From positions 84,258,001-84,322,000 of the forward strand of contig CM060731.1 in the NCBI GenBank assembly GCA_030704615.1: DNA of 64,000 nucleotides, read 5' to 3'. The stretch comes from Takakia lepidozioides (Eukaryota; Plantae; Bryophyta). The translations under genes were made by a program, and so were the position numbers. The notes under the pieces were generated by a model, which saw only the letters and a list, made by a program, of their open reading frames with translations, searched no databases and was not told where the DNA came from. Shown here piece by piece: positions 37,101 through 50,902 of the stretch (within the stretch, counting starts at the first letter, position 1; the number at the start of each line of letters is the position of its first letter).

Positions 37101-40100
37101 TTCTGCAAGGAAAACTGTATCTTCACATGCTTCTTAACCACCTTCTACCTTAACCACCTTAACCACCTCTATTTGTAGCAATGTGGCAAGTGACTTGGCC
37201 AAGTCCCAAAAGATTGAGGGTTGGGGAATTTTCTGGAGCCTCCTGCACAACTTATGGACAGGTGAAGATCAGCAGGGGCACTAAATTCTAGCCCCACAGT
37301 GCCTTCTCCAGACATCCGTCCACAGCAATGGCTGGAAATGCACATTTCAAAGTTACATTGAACATGTTATAGTGCAAGGGCCAAAGCACATGGCACCTGC
37401 AAGCAAAGCCAACATTTTTAATCTTTGCCACATACAGTAATGCCTAGAAACTTATCGATAAAAAAACAGTGAAGCACAGATCAGGGTTTATAAAGTTGTG
37501 AAGAATTATTCACCTGAAGTCATGGTGGAGATAAGCAAGACCCCTTGCAACTCCCAGGGCAATCCGGTAGCGCCGTGACCAGAAGAGGGTTGTTTGTGAA
37601 GCATTCAGACGGTGCAAGTGTGAGGACAGGGTCCCGTTCGAAATGTAGTCAGACAACATCAGTTGCATTGTGGACGACCAGTAATACCCTTGCAGAGTAA
37701 CTAAATTGTGATGCCTTATATCTCCCACATTGTTCATCTCTGACTCAAACTCCTCTGGACTTTTTATTCGCCCCAGAGTCTCTAGCTTTTTCACTGCAAC
37801 TGAAAGGCCTCCATCAAATGTTGCCCTGTACACTGTACCGAGAGACCCCCGACCAATGACACATTCTTTGTCCAAAAGGGCTTTGGTTCCTGCTTCCCAA
37901 TCCTCATACCTGGAGGGGAGAACCTTGTTGAATAGCACTAACTTTCCCACAATGGGGCTCACATCAGGTGAGGGAGGTGTACTCTCATACACCAACAACT
38001 CTGTCTTTACCTGTTTCTGCCTTCTCAGAGCTCGAATACTCAATAGGGTAACCACAATAACACCAATGGCAACAGCCCCTGCAAAGGATATGGCGATGAT
38101 AGCTGATGCACTCAACAGACGAGATCGAACTGGTAGTAGCGTGGCTGGTGTGGGCACCAGTAGGCATGTGGTGCTCGAAGGTGAACCACACAAACCCGGA
38201 TTACCAAGGTATGAAGTTTCATTAAATTTGCCCAAGGCATTTGCAGTTAGGATGACTCCAGAAAGATTATTGTATGAAACATTGAAAGAGGTTAAAGCCT
38301 GTAAGTTTCCCAGAGCCACTGGAATGCTACCACTCAGGGTGTTAAATTGCAGGTCAAGTTCTTTCAGGCCTACAATATCGCCAACCGCTGCAGGTATGCT
38401 GCCACTGAGATTATTGTTGGAAACATCCCTGCACCATCAAGTCAGTTCAGTCATATTAGTGGACTCTTATGACCTAGACATCACTTTCTAGGACTCCAAG
38501 AAGGCAACTCAAGTCTGAGCATTAACACGTCTTGCTACATATCCAATGTTCACTAACACACACACATGCACCACATATCAAATCTGCTCAGAATTCCACC
38601 ATAACTTCTGGCTGTTCAAGAATTCCTATGAAAAAATGACTGTTATATCCTAGAAGGTTTATCGTGCACAGATCAAACAGATGTAAAGGGAGCGCTGCAA
38701 AACACAACCGTTAAGAGGACTTATCTACTCCAATACAGGGCACAAACAATCACAGCATAAGATGACAGAATGCAGATGCTACTTGTTGTGATAGGTACTT
38801 CATGTCATGCAAAACCTGCCTTACATGCTCAAGCTCCTACAAGCAAAACATAATTTTAACAATTTAAAAATGAACAACTCCAAAGTGCTGGACAGACAAG
38901 CAAAACTCAAATGCTAGCAGAGAACAAACATGTTGTCCAAAACTAGAAAACTCAGGGCAAAGAACCATGAATCTGCCTGCTAGCAGGCTTCTAAGGAAGA
39001 ATTGGGATTGTTTCCAAATCTCCTAATCATGTCAGGTTAGGTGATAATAAGGACACATGGAATATGCATCCTTTCTTAAATCAGCACCCTTTTTACACTT
39101 GGTTCAACAAAATAGTACAGGAATCCAATGGTGTCCTTCTGTCAGAGTATGATGCAGGTCACTAAGCAGGACTCACAAGCTTAGCAAGGAAGTGCAATTT
39201 GCAATCGTCGAAGGAATGCTCCCCTGAAGATCCATGTTTGAAAATTCAAGGACCTGCAGATCAATCAGCTTTCCAATCTGTGAAGGGATGAGCCCCCCAA
39301 TTGGATTTTTTCCCAAACGGAAAAAAATGAGAGCACTCATACTACCAATCTCAGAAGGGATGCCACCACTCAGCTTGTTGCTGCTTACATCCACCAATCT
39401 GACATTTGTGAGGAGGCCCAGCTGTGAAGGAATAGGGCCTGATAACTTATTTCCCTGCAGAGCAACAAAATTGAGTTGTTCAAGTCTACCAATATCTTGT
39501 GGGATGGATCCTTGTAGGCCATTTGATGAAAGATCAAAGCCATCCAGCTTCGTGCAGTTCCACAGTGTCGCAGGAATGGGGCCTGACAACTGGTTGGTTG
39601 CAAGAGATATGTACCGCATTCGACCACAGAACTTGAAAAGTGCTGAAGGAATTGGTCCAGAGAAAGTATTTGCAGATAGATCAAGCATCCGCAAGCTGAA
39701 CAAGTTGCCCAATGCAGTAGGAATATTCCCTGAGAGTGCATTTTGGCTCAAATTCAGCTTCCAGAGAGTACCTGTTTGGATCGTTGAATGATTAGAACTT
39801 CTGTCTAATGCAATCTTCTCATAGAAGTGACAAGTTTCTACTCACTGAGGAATAGAATATGGTACATGTATGTACCATCAAGACAGTTTGTGGCAGTCAC
39901 TCAGCTCATCTGGACATGGCACCAAGGAGGTTAGAGGAAGATGGAAGTAACTAGGGCCTTCTAGTTGTGTACTATCTCCACTGAGCAGAATAACCAGGAA
40001 GTCTGCAATCTTCAGGTGAAAAATCAACATCACAAATGAAACAAGACTTATCAGCTTCAAAGTAAACGGGTGGGCACGCACCAATCTCTGAAAGCTCAGG

Positions 40101-40442
40101 GGGGATAGGCCCCGACAGATTATTCCTGGAAAGGACTAACATGCGCAGGCTTGTAAGGTTGCGTAGCTGGGGGGAGATCTGCCCTGACAGCTCGGTACCC
40201 TGAAGCAGAACCTTGGTAACATTAAAATTAGTGTCACATGTTATCCCATACCAACTGCAAGGATTTGGATCCATCTCATTCCATGTGCTCAAATACCCCA
40301 GAGGATCACTCAAGCCCCCCTTGAAGGCCAGAAGAGCTACCCCTTCTTCATTCACAAGAGCTCCCACTGTTTCATACACATAGAATGCTAAAACTATGAC
40401 GACAGAAGACAGATGCAGGGGTCGTCTACGCTGTTTCATCAT
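31147..40442 (-). CDS. LRR receptor-like kinase, At1g12460/At1g62950-like (LRR-VII). Exons 40442-40082, 39771-39177, 38428-37514, 31939-31528, 31242-31147
   Basis: Signal peptide, LRRNT (NPCSWYGITC), plant LRRs, TM segment, GKLVLFNKVLPSRYEDWEAGTKALLDK, VAVKKL, HFN, SDYG and GYVAPE. All introns are GT-AG with consistent phases. Confidence 0.93.
32146..36885 (+). mobile_element. LINE (APE + RT + C-terminal Zn finger; RTE/RTEX-like) in intron 3 of the RLK, antisense to the gene
   Basis: RLATFN..QETW, LLGDFNARVG, NYRGITL, QGCTLSPLLFN, FADD, YTYLGV and CPLC..C. Flanked by (CT)n tracts. Frameshifts near 35125 and 35300, and the APE SDH motif is missing. The clade call is tentative. Confidence 0.9.
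32945..33350 (+). repeat. 141-bp in-frame tandem repeat x3 (47 aa)
   Basis: FGTLNGLPILKVYTRR units starting near 32982, 33123 and 33264. Confidence 0.95.
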
Positions 40443-41968
40443 CGGTGAGCGGCCTGTCATGTTTGGCACAAATCACTCGCCCGTTGATCGGGTAATCCAG
40501 TCTTCTGTTTCTTCTGTCCAGTTGCCCCCTATCATCGTGAAAGTGTCTAGGCCAAAACTCGTAAACGATTGATCCAGATTTCCTCGGCTCCATACCTTCA
40601 TTCACTTCCGATGTTGGCAGTTTCCGCTTGTAAGTGAGGCACTGTCCTGCATTGAATAGGTAGAAAAACAAGTAAGGTAAGTGATTACCTTTAAAACGGT
40701 CGAGTCTCTCCTCACACCACTTCGAGGGTCGCACCTTGCACTTGCTACAACTCTACTGCATTGTTCTACTTGCCTCCCTTTGGGCCTCCAGCAGACCTAA
40801 TAAATTTCGTTCTTTGTTTCTTCAATCTGCCATAATTGATTCACTGGGGGCCTGAGCTGTCTCTCACCTCGAGCAGTGACGAAATAACATACACATTCTA
40901 GGATGCAGAAGGACAACCATGCAATTTTGACATAATGTGTCTCTTGACTAGATACAGCTTGGACTGCTTCTAGACTGACTGCCAAGGCACAGGGTTATGA
41001 TTGCACATGGTACTTTGTTTGAAGTTTCACCAAGGGGAGACTACGATTCTTTATTGTGCTGATGAAGGGCCTACAAGACAAATTTATTCCCCGCACTACG
41101 AACACGTTGTGTGCCGAGTGTATCGAGGTTAGAGTTCATTGCCACCAATTTGCTCTGCTACTGTGGCATTGACCCCGGTGACACAGAGCTTCAGGATTTG
41201 TTGATGGAATTCTAACCCTTTGGAGGACACTCTTCACAGTTCCAATTTACTTTCATCACAAATCATGCAATTAAGTATTGCTCCGTATCCTTCCTGCGAC
41301 TGAGTCCACACCTTCTTCTGCTAGATGCAACAACACAGACATTGGTGGTACGTTGTTTCAAGAACAGGAATTGCTGTACGAACACGACGCATTCTACTCG
41401 CATAAAAATCTGAAGTGCATCACCTCCCTTAAAAGCTCAGAGAGAGGGAGAGAAGATCCACAGCTACTTGGATAACACTTTAGAAATGGATAGAGTGTAT
41501 GCCTCAAGGATACAAAGAAGCTCGCACCTCTACATGCATCTGAACATTGTGAGAGGGGAATTGGAAACGAAACAAGAACCTGCATCTTGACATCGACCGT
41601 GTCGATCGTCCAGATTGCTCCTCAGACAAGTGGCATGGAAGGATGATGTTTCTGCGCTTTGTTCGAGGGAGAGAGACAGGGGACCAACTAACACAGTGAA
41701 GGGAAAAATCCAGAAGACATGACTCACCAAAGCTGATGAGAAACACAAAGTAAAATGCAGACAGAGTTATGGATTAAGAGCTAAAAATGAAATGCGAAGG
41801 CTTTTGGTTTCGATCAAGTACTACCACACATTAAACAAGAGACCAAGTGTCATAGCTACAAACGGAGAGGACACAGTGAGGGGTGGAGGGGCCAGAGGAC
41901 GCCCAGTAATGCACTGAATGGCTTCCCATAACGCACTAATGCACAGGTCCCCTGCACCGGATAATTCT

Positions 41969-41970
<2 letters not shown>

Positions 41971-42015
<45 letters not shown>
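41971..42015. repeat. (GA)22 microsatellite upstream of the RLK
   Basis: Direct reading. Confidence 0.97.
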
Positions 42016-42016
<1 letters not shown>

Positions 42017-43643
42017 ATTCTGAGCAGGTCTAAGAAGCTAAAGCAGACAGCCGGAGAAGAGCGAGCAACAATACAATTTCCAGTTCAAGACACTAAATTT
42101 TCAGCTACAAATCCGCATAACCCGAAGTTTTAGAGAGAATTAATCAAGACATCATCTCTGTCTACATTGCCAAAACTAAAGAGAGACAGAGACACGGACA
42201 TCAACGGAGTGTCAAATGCATATCAATGGAACAAATCAAAAGACAAAAACACGAACCCGAAGCAGGCGACGACCAAAAACGCGTCTTTCAGAGTGCACGG
42301 TTGCGAGGGAGGAGAGGTGGCAAGAAGAGAGCAAGAGAAAAAGGCAGCGGAGGAATGCCATTATTGCGTGCTCCTGTGCCTCGCCCGCAAGGCCTCAGCT
42401 AGTTTTCCCCCCTCAAGCGACTACAGTACTAAGTGAAAGTTTTTAGTGGGTTAGTAAGCACGCCACCATCGGGATGCTCCTTCAAAAGCGGCTGCCCGAA
42501 TGTGGAGCCCACGCCACGGAATTGCGACGGTCACGTCATGCTGGCAACAAATCCGCCTTCGATATTTTATTATCCCATAGCGATAGCCCCCAGCAGCGGC
42601 CGCGCGTGCCTATAAAGGGCCTCCTTACACTGGTAATGGCATTTACCACCGTTACTGATTACAGTATGATCGCGCCGTAATAGTAAGTGACTAGTGAGAG
42701 CGTGCGGCCTCACGTACCGTAACCAGGGAGAACAATGTACCAGTGCAAGCTTTGCAGGGTTTCATCAGTGCATGCTAGTAAATTTCGGGGGCCGCGAGCG
42801 GCGAGACGCGTGGAGACTGGATGACGTGGCTTCCTTTGCAAAATTGGCTGTGAAATAGTCCCGTTCCTAGCTGTTACACAGCGGAAAAAGAACATGTAAA
42901 AGTCTCAAATACGAACGGGAAACAATAGTGCCGTTAAGTACCGTGCCCATCAGTGGTCCACCGACGGTGGCGTTGACGCCGTCCACAACGCGTTGAACGG
43001 GAGGTCCTCTGCCGTGAGCATGGATGGATGTGTTCCGTTGGTCAGTAACTTACCCTACAAAGACGCAGACAATTTCAGGCTGAAACTGTCCAAGTGCCAG
43101 CGTGCATGATGTAGTAAGTTACTAAGGACAGCGTCATAATGGTGTGGACACGAGACGGAGCTAGTGTAGTGGCCCCGCTAAAACATAATCCATGGCTCCA
43201 ACCTGAACCCACCTAACAGCACCTTCATAACAAGAAGGAAGGGCAAACCCAATGATTACTCTACTACGAACATTACGAACTTCGGGCCAAACTTCGGGCC
43301 ATTCTTCGGGCCAAACTTGGAGCCCAACCCCCAGAAAAATCCTTACAAAGACAATCACTCACATATACCTCATAATTGGGGACACTGTGGTTGTCCAAAT
43401 AGAGGCATTGTGGTCAACATCTAACGACTCCACCAGTTTAGGTGATTCGCTACGTATGAATGAGCTGGCCGGTCAAGTGGTAACAACAACAAGAGAGTAT
43501 TGCATGCATATTGTAACATAAAAGTTTGTATTGTGCGTTGATGTTCTGGAAACAAGGTCTACCATAAAAAGCCCTTTGGGACAAGGCTAAGGGCTGTACT
43601 AGAGTACGCACCTGCAATAATTCTTGGCAATGGATACACGACC

Positions 43644-45140
43644 TGTCGCGGCCTTTTGCCTTGAGGGCAGGGGGTCGGGACACAAGAGGGGCTGCCCCTG
43701 TGGTGGGGGCAGTGGCAGCGATAGGTATGGGGGGCTGAAGCACCCTTGAGTGCCCAAAGCACTCAAGGAGGCGGAGGCGCTCACTAGGTGGAGCCCCACA
43801 CACCGGGTTGCGGTGGGGGTGGCTCCACAAAGGGTGGGGGTAGCTTAGCGGGACTTAGTGGGGGTGGCATAGGACTCACCCTGGGGCGGAGACCTCGTGG
43901 TGGGAGTCGTGGGGAGTCTTGGGACTCATCACGGTCCATAGGGGCCGTGGTAGGTGGGCCAAGACTCACCGCGACTCATCACCGGGAGTCGAGGGTGTTC
44001 GTGGTGGTTCGCCATAAAATGGCATGGTTGTTTGTGAAACCCCCCGGACAGCTACAGAAGTATATATAGGGAGTAGTAACCCCGAGAACAGTGCAAGCCC
44101 GTTGGTGACCAAAAACTAGTGAGTAAGCGAGCGAGCCAGAAAGCGACCAAAGAGTGGGGAGGTGTTCCGGACTGCCAACTACCAAAGGGAATTCCGCTGG
44201 CTCCAAATCGTTGGAGGGTTCTTTGGGAGACCAAAGGGGGGACCGTTATGCCCCGGTGAGCAGCCGAAGCTCCAAGTTGGCCCGGACGGCCTGGTTGGGA
44301 GTTAGGCGCGCGCATCAGGCGAGTAACTATGACTTGAGGGGGGAGCTTACCGAAGTGAGGTGCGCGACACTTGGTATCAGAGCTTAGAGTTCAGTACGCG
44401 ATCGTCCTTGGGATTGGCCTCATCATGGGGTCGGGCAAGCCAAAGCGAAAGCGAAACGGCCCAAAAGATGATGATCCTGGTGAGCCCAATGGGGGCGACG
44501 TGTCACCGAGGCGGCCGTTTGAGGAAGCGATGCATGTTTCCGAAAACGAGGCCGCTCAAGAGCGGCAGGAATCTGAGGAGTCGGAGCCTGAGGAATCCCT
44601 GAGAGCTCCGACCGACCAACAGATGCCTCCCATGCCGGCAGCCTTTTGGGAAGGGTTGTTGGCACAATTTGGCGGGACGTTGAAAGACGTGTTGAAGGCG
44701 GCTAATTCCACTTCCACTAAGGCAAAGTTTAAGGTGAAGCCTAAGGAACCCGACACCTTCGAGGGCGTCCGAAATCGGAAGGCACTCAACACCTGGCTCT
44801 TGGAGCTAGAGCAGTACTTCCGGGTGGCCAAGTTGAGTGACGAGGATCGGGTGGAAGGCAGTTTGTGCCCCTCAACGCGTCCTGGCTTGCCCGGGACAAG
44901 ATGAGGAATTTGAAGCAAACAGATGACATTCGGGGATATGTCCAGGCTTTCAATGTGCTGTTGCTCGAAGTCGCGGACATGGCAGAACCAGAAATGGTCT
45001 TCAACTTTGTGGCGGGACTGGCCCCATGAGCTAGGCGGAATTTGGAAGAGAAGCCACCTAAGACTTTGAACGAGGCAATTGAGAGGGCTGAATGTTTCTC
45101 GGATGTCCCTAGGGGTGAAAGACAAGGCCGTACGTAGCTG
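43644..45140 (+). mobile_element. Chromovirus-type gypsy 5' LTR (43644-44369), Met-tRNA PBS and truncated gag
   Basis: TGTCGCG...CGCGACA termini; PBS TGGTATCAGAGC at 44372; gag KPKEPDTFEG..WLLELEQYF. Confidence 0.85.
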
Positions 45141-45153
45141 AACCACAAGAAGA

Positions 45154-45297
45154 TAGTGAGCGCCTCCGCCTCCTTGAGTGCTTTGGGCACTCAAGGGTGC
45201 TTCAGCCCCCCATACCTAACGCTGCCACTGCCCCCCACCACAGGGGCAGCCCCTCTTGTGTCCTGACCCCCTGCCCTCAAGGCAAAGGGCCGCGACA
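45154..45297 (-). mobile_element. Inverted 5' fragment of the same LTR
   Basis: Reverse complement of about 43644-43788, ending exactly at the LTR terminus. Confidence 0.85.
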
Positions 45298-45919
45298 GTA
45301 CTGGCCCTTTTTTGGTTTTGGTCTCGAAGATAGTTGAGTAAAAGATGATGAGAGATGCCCAGCCGCTGACTGGTGGGGATAGGTGTGCAGTGAGCATGTA
45401 AGCATTTTAATGGTGGGTAGTGAAAGAAAATCTGGTTATGGAGGACCTGAGTGAAGGCTGAAGTTCCACTTGACACAAAGCTGCCCTGTCTTTCTGATTT
45501 TCTGTACTAGGCTTAGTATAAACTGCATGTTGCATTTCAACCAAACTCATGACACCAAGCTCGTTGTGTTTTGATGGAGGTGGAAATGCTTTTATTGCAG
45601 GTGGTTAAGCATGCCACTGGCAATGAAGTTGAAGCACTGCCTCAATTAAATTGGCCTTTCCTTAGCAGCAAAAGTTTAATAATTTGCATCCAGTTCTATA
45701 CTGGATTCATGTAAGATAGATCTTCAACCCCTCCAATATAATATTCACATGGTCACCTATCGAGATTGATATCTGTCCAATGGTTTCTATGCCTTCAACC
45801 CGTCTGGCAGGTATGCATCAATCCTTGAGAAAAGAGACTACAAGGAGTTCATCCAGATCAGCAGAGAATGAGAGGCTGGTGGTTAATGTCAATGTGTGAC
45901 TCAATCCATATCCATTTGG

Positions 45920-46190
45920 TACTTTTGTGTTATTATAACAGAACTCTGCCGCATCCAAGTGCTCCACCCAGTCCGATTGGTCTGCCGACACGTAATTCCG
46001 CAGGATCTGCTTCACCACGGAATTCACCTTTTCTGTTTTGTCGTCCGTCGTAGGTCGGAAGGCGGTGCTCATCTTGAGCCTTGTCCCCATTTTCTTCCAA
46101 AGTGCCCTCCAAAATTCACTTGTAAACTTTGGATCGCGGTCCGAGACAATATCCTTCGAGAGTCCATGATGCTTGAAGACTTTGATATGA
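45920..46190 (-). mobile_element. Gypsy integrase core fragment
   Basis: HGLSKDIVSDRDPKFTSEFW..STAFRPTTDDKTE..AEFCYNN. Confidence 0.85.
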
Positions 46191-47384
46191 TACTGCCAAA
46201 GTGACAACACAGAAGTATCCAGAAACAGGTTCCAATCTTGGTCGTTACGGACTCATGGATTTGTGCATTGTATGGGGCAGTTTTGAGGTGTTATCTTAAT
46301 ACATTGTCACGTGCTCTTCTTCATGCAGTTCATTTGATTTCGTGCATTGATGGCATGGTCTGTATGTTCTGAAGTCTGAATCACATAGGCAATGACATGA
46401 TCATCCCCAGTGTGCAAGGATTGTGTTGGTTGCAATGCCGTAGTAGATTGATCGTAGCATCCGTGTTGCTATTCAGACACAGTAGAAACAATATTGCACA
46501 TGTATGACTACAAGTCACAGCCCCCAAGTCAGTGCAACCAGCACGAGTGCCTGGTTCCCCACAGTCGATGTAGTTACTAGTGAGGTAGTGCATTTCAAAC
46601 CTCCAATTGCATATGTCACTTCAACACTCCAGTTGTCGACTCCACTTGCAAGTCGTGAAGGCAACCAGCAGACAACTCACTGCGCCACGTGCTGTGGCCT
46701 CAGGCCTGCACGTGGCGAGACCCGGGAAGCCACCAACGACGCAATGGCGTGAGCGTTGCACGTGAGCGCGCGAGCGTACGCTCACGCAGGAGTGACGTGG
46801 CGTGAGCGTACGCTCACGCCAGCTGACGTGGCATGAGCCTGCACACATGCTGACGTGGCGTGAGCGTCATGTCAGCATGCTGATGTGGCGGAAAATGATG
46901 ACGTGGCACTGTCCGTCAACTGCCACGTCAGCATTAACATGCGCCGCCTATAACCGTGGATGGTCCTATGACCGTGGAATTAATGCAGGGAAATCTTGCC
47001 TAAATAGAATCAAGACGAGCGTTGAGGCCTACAATTGCAGCATCCAACATTGTGCAATTACAAATGTTTGTTTCACTTTTACAATTACGAAGACGACAAA
47101 ATATCCTCACAAAGTGTGCGCCATAAAGGCTGCCACGAGAAGACTTCCTCCCTCCTCAAATAACAATGAGAGTTATGATCATCTTCAAAAGATGATTGTA
47201 GTGCATAGCGACAGCAAGACATGTAGACTTCGAACGGTGCAATGACAAATGTGCACTACCTAAAAGTTGTCACTCAGACCTCACTCCGTATAGTTGGAGG
47301 CCATATCATTGCACAGCCGACGAATTGATGTGAATTACACATTTCAAATCATGGTCATCCACATACCACATTACATAGTTCATG

Positions 47385-50300
47385 CTACCCATGTGTTGTA
47401 TCCCGCTGCAAAAGAGTATCGACCTCGTTGAAACTCATAGTGGCCTGGTGAATGAAGTTGTCACGTTTGGGATCGCAAACCATCCTCCTCAAAAATATGA
47501 AATACAAATGTTTGCAGGGTATGAATTTACCTCTCTTGCCCAAACTGGTTGATAGCATATTCACAAAATCAGGACATGTGCAATTGGGGAAATTGGAAAC
47601 CGTGATGTCGTAGGTCCTGTCATGAACAGCAGATGTGGAAGTGATGATTGTGAATACCCGACCATATCCTGGATCGGGTACTTCCGTGGTGTTTCCGACA
47701 CGAGCTTGGAGCATTCTTGCGGACTCCACTTTGCCAAAGTGTTCAGCGGTTGGAGAGAAACGCCGAACGAGCTTTCCATCTCGTTTGGTTGGCCACAAGT
47801 CAGGATTTGCCGGGGGGACCCGGGAGGACGCAGGAGTAGTAGTAGCACATGCATGGAGTTGGGGTTGTCTCGCAAGGGAAAAACCTGCCTCCTCCAGCAT
47901 TTCAATCTCCTGAAAGCTGAGATGTGTTCCCACCTTCACGGGCCAAACGGTTGGAGGAGATGGCTTCATCACTACGGAAGGACGCACAGTTCCATGCACA
48001 CATCTGGCACAATCATCTGCGCAGAACCAGAACTTGTGGTTCTTGGCTTCTGGTTGACCGTATGGACGCATCAAGCCCGTGAAAGTCGGAGCAGGAGTTC
48101 GGGCACCACCTCTGGATATAGATGAAGTGCACTTCTCGAAATTAGTTGCCCTGATCGCTGTACATTTCACACGAGACCCGACACTTGTGCGTTCTATGTG
48201 CCAAACGTGGTCGGGGCATGCGGACTCAAGCACATCAAGGGGGTTGTTTCTCTCCTGCACCATTTCAGTGGCACGGTTTGATGCTGGAGCTTGCCGTCGT
48301 GTTGGAGGTTCCTCCACAATGGAGGTTCCGGACACGGAGCTGTCATGCAGGGGAACACGAGGCTTCGAGAAGTTATCACGGTCTGCCCTGTGGGAATCTG
48401 AATCCGAACCAGGTGGAGTGTTCAATTTCCTCTTACAGGAGCCGAATCTCTCCTCCCCTTCAAGATGTGGAACTCTAGAAACAAGTGGCGTTCCCTGGGC
48501 ATACATGCTCACCGCCCGTGCTATCTTGATTGGATCCCCAGATCTGTTTGCAGCACGCAACATCAACTCCGATTTGTCCGGACCCTTGCCACCAACCCCA
48601 CCTCGTAAGAAATCACGGTATCGGGTTTGTTGTTGCAAGGCACGTATCAAATCATCTGTTGTTGCCACATACAAATCCCGACCTCGTTTCCCAGAATGCT
48701 GCAACCATGCATTGTGCACAGTTTCTGCCAAATTGCAAGATGGCATGTCTGCCATTTCCTCAATGGACATGTTCTGCAAAGAGGATAACCACACTTCAGA
48801 ATAGTGCACAGGAAACAACATAAAGAAAGCAATGAGTCAAAAATATGGAAAGCAAATGTATGAATAAAGCATGAAATAGAAGCCTCGTACCATTGTCATG
48901 GCTGCTCCCCACTGTCTATACCGGAAGTGCCAAAACGCCAGCCAATCTTCCAATGCTCTCATACTCTCAAGTGATGCAGCTCCAGAAGAGAACCACCAGG
49001 CACGAATTGTCTGGAACAAAGTGTCCGCCTCCTTCATTGTTCTAGCATCTTTGTACTCTTTGCACAATTTACGGTGCTGAGTCTGCATCTCTGGTTTGAT
49101 GTCCGACTTTGTATGTTTTTCCAGAGATTGTGTCCAATGGAATAGACATGTACGCTCTCTTCCTGGCATAGGCACTTTTGGGTCGCCCGATCCGAAGACA
49201 ATACGAATAGCATTGAAATTTGCTTGAGCACTATCCGCCATGAAACCTGCGAAATTTGGAGATGGCAGCCCATGGCAGCCCATGACACGTATCAGGGAAT
49301 TCCACATGAGCTTCTGGGATTCCGTATCCTCGGATTGCATGTCACAAACTGCAATTGTCATAACTCGTTGGTACACTGGATCGTAGACATGACAAGCCAT
49401 TGTCGTCCAATCCTTCACTCGTTTCACATGATCAAACATAAGAAAACAGTTCTGCAAGTCCCCAGTCTTCTGCATCCGCTTCACGAGGCTAACCCCACTG
49501 CCCTCCCCAACAGTCGACATTTTGAAAAGAAAAACTTTGATGGTACCTTGACCTGGGAATACATTGTCCTGGATGTAATCGTACTTGCTCAGTCGTTTCA
49601 ATTCCAAAATATTGTCTATGTAGCCTCTGATCCCAGAGCCCATTCTCAATGCATTGATCTGATGCCGAATGTTAGGTGAACTTAAAGTGGAGAAATGATC
49701 CATGACCAGGTCCAATGCTGCACCGTCAAGTTTAGTCCCCACAGAATCTCCTTCACTCAAAATATGGCTTTCCAAGAAGGACTTGCTTGCGCCAAGAGCA
49801 ATTGCAGATGTTGTTGCGGATGGGTTTCTCCCGAACTCCTGTTTGATCAACCTCGATACTGTCTCAACACTCTCCCTGTAATCCCCCTTCGAGACAGGAT
49901 GGTTATGGAATCCAAAATGCACACAAGCTCTCGTCATTGTATTCAAACGGTGGACAACATAGTACATTTTGCTCCGCAGAGCGCCAAGCAGGATGGCACA
50001 AGTTTGCAGAATTTGCAGACGAAAGTGTTTGCCGGTGGAGGGGCAGTCCCAGGCTGAAATGGATTCTCCGCCAGACCCTCCCATTCGCTTTGATTATGAA
50101 CTCCAGACTGAAGAAAGTGTCTGCAATTCAAATTACCACACCTAAGGTGTCCATTGCAAACTGTCCTCCTGAAAACAAGCTTGTCATCATTCTGAATATT
50201 GGATGTTTTTGTTCTGCACCACGGGTGCCCGTCGTGTTTCTTGTCCATTCCATGCATCATGATTGTTACACCTCCAACTCGCGGAGGAGGAGGCAGCTCG

Positions 50301-50902
50301 AATAGGATATCGCCATCAAAAGTCTCCGGCAAGAACTTCACAGGCACCTGCTTCAAAGATTCCCAATCAATTCCCCGCAACTCGCTTTTGAATCCAGCCA
50401 TTCCTCCCATCGCCCGCAATTTTGGAATGACACTACAAATCTCTTCTTCATCAGCTTCTGCAACCACAGTAGGAAGGACTGGATTTGGAATTTCACTTAT
50501 GTCATCATCGGAAGAATCCGAAAGCTCAACGATTGGAGTGGAGGAAGTCTGTTCTTTTTTCACCACCACCTCCCTCTTGTCTTCAACGACCGAAGCAGCA
50601 GTCCCGGGCGTCACATATGACCCAAGGGACTTTCGCCGAGGCTCTCCAAGTACTCTGTATCGACCAGGACGCACTCTCCACTGGCTGATATGAGCCGTCT
50701 CATCACGGTTTTGGAAAGAATATTTCACCAACTTCCCTTTCAGATCGTAAACCTCTTTCTCCAAAAAGATGGAGCCATTCTGCAGCTGAAAACGGGTAGC
50801 CAAGACATGTTCCAGAACAATTGCAAATCCATTGTCAAGGACTTCCTGGGAGAACGGCACTGGTTTGTCGTCTGAGAAGAACTCCGCTTCAGAGGAAGCC
50901 AT
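47385..50902 (-). CDS. Transposase, about 1130 aa: GCM-like Zn finger, MULE-type DDE with CxxH, Cys module, SWIM
   Basis: DGHPWC..CNGHLRCGNLNC..CKFC..C..HFGFHNHP; MFDHVK, FMADSAQA, CLFH, NLAETVH; CTCPDF..PCKH. Intron 48774-48890. One 1-nt deletion in an A-run near 49967. Confidence 0.88.

Noticed and set aside
37730-39791. Long plus-strand ORFs opposite the RLK, and similar shadows opposite the transposases and LTRs
   Set aside because: Antisense shadows of real coding or GC-rich repeat sequence
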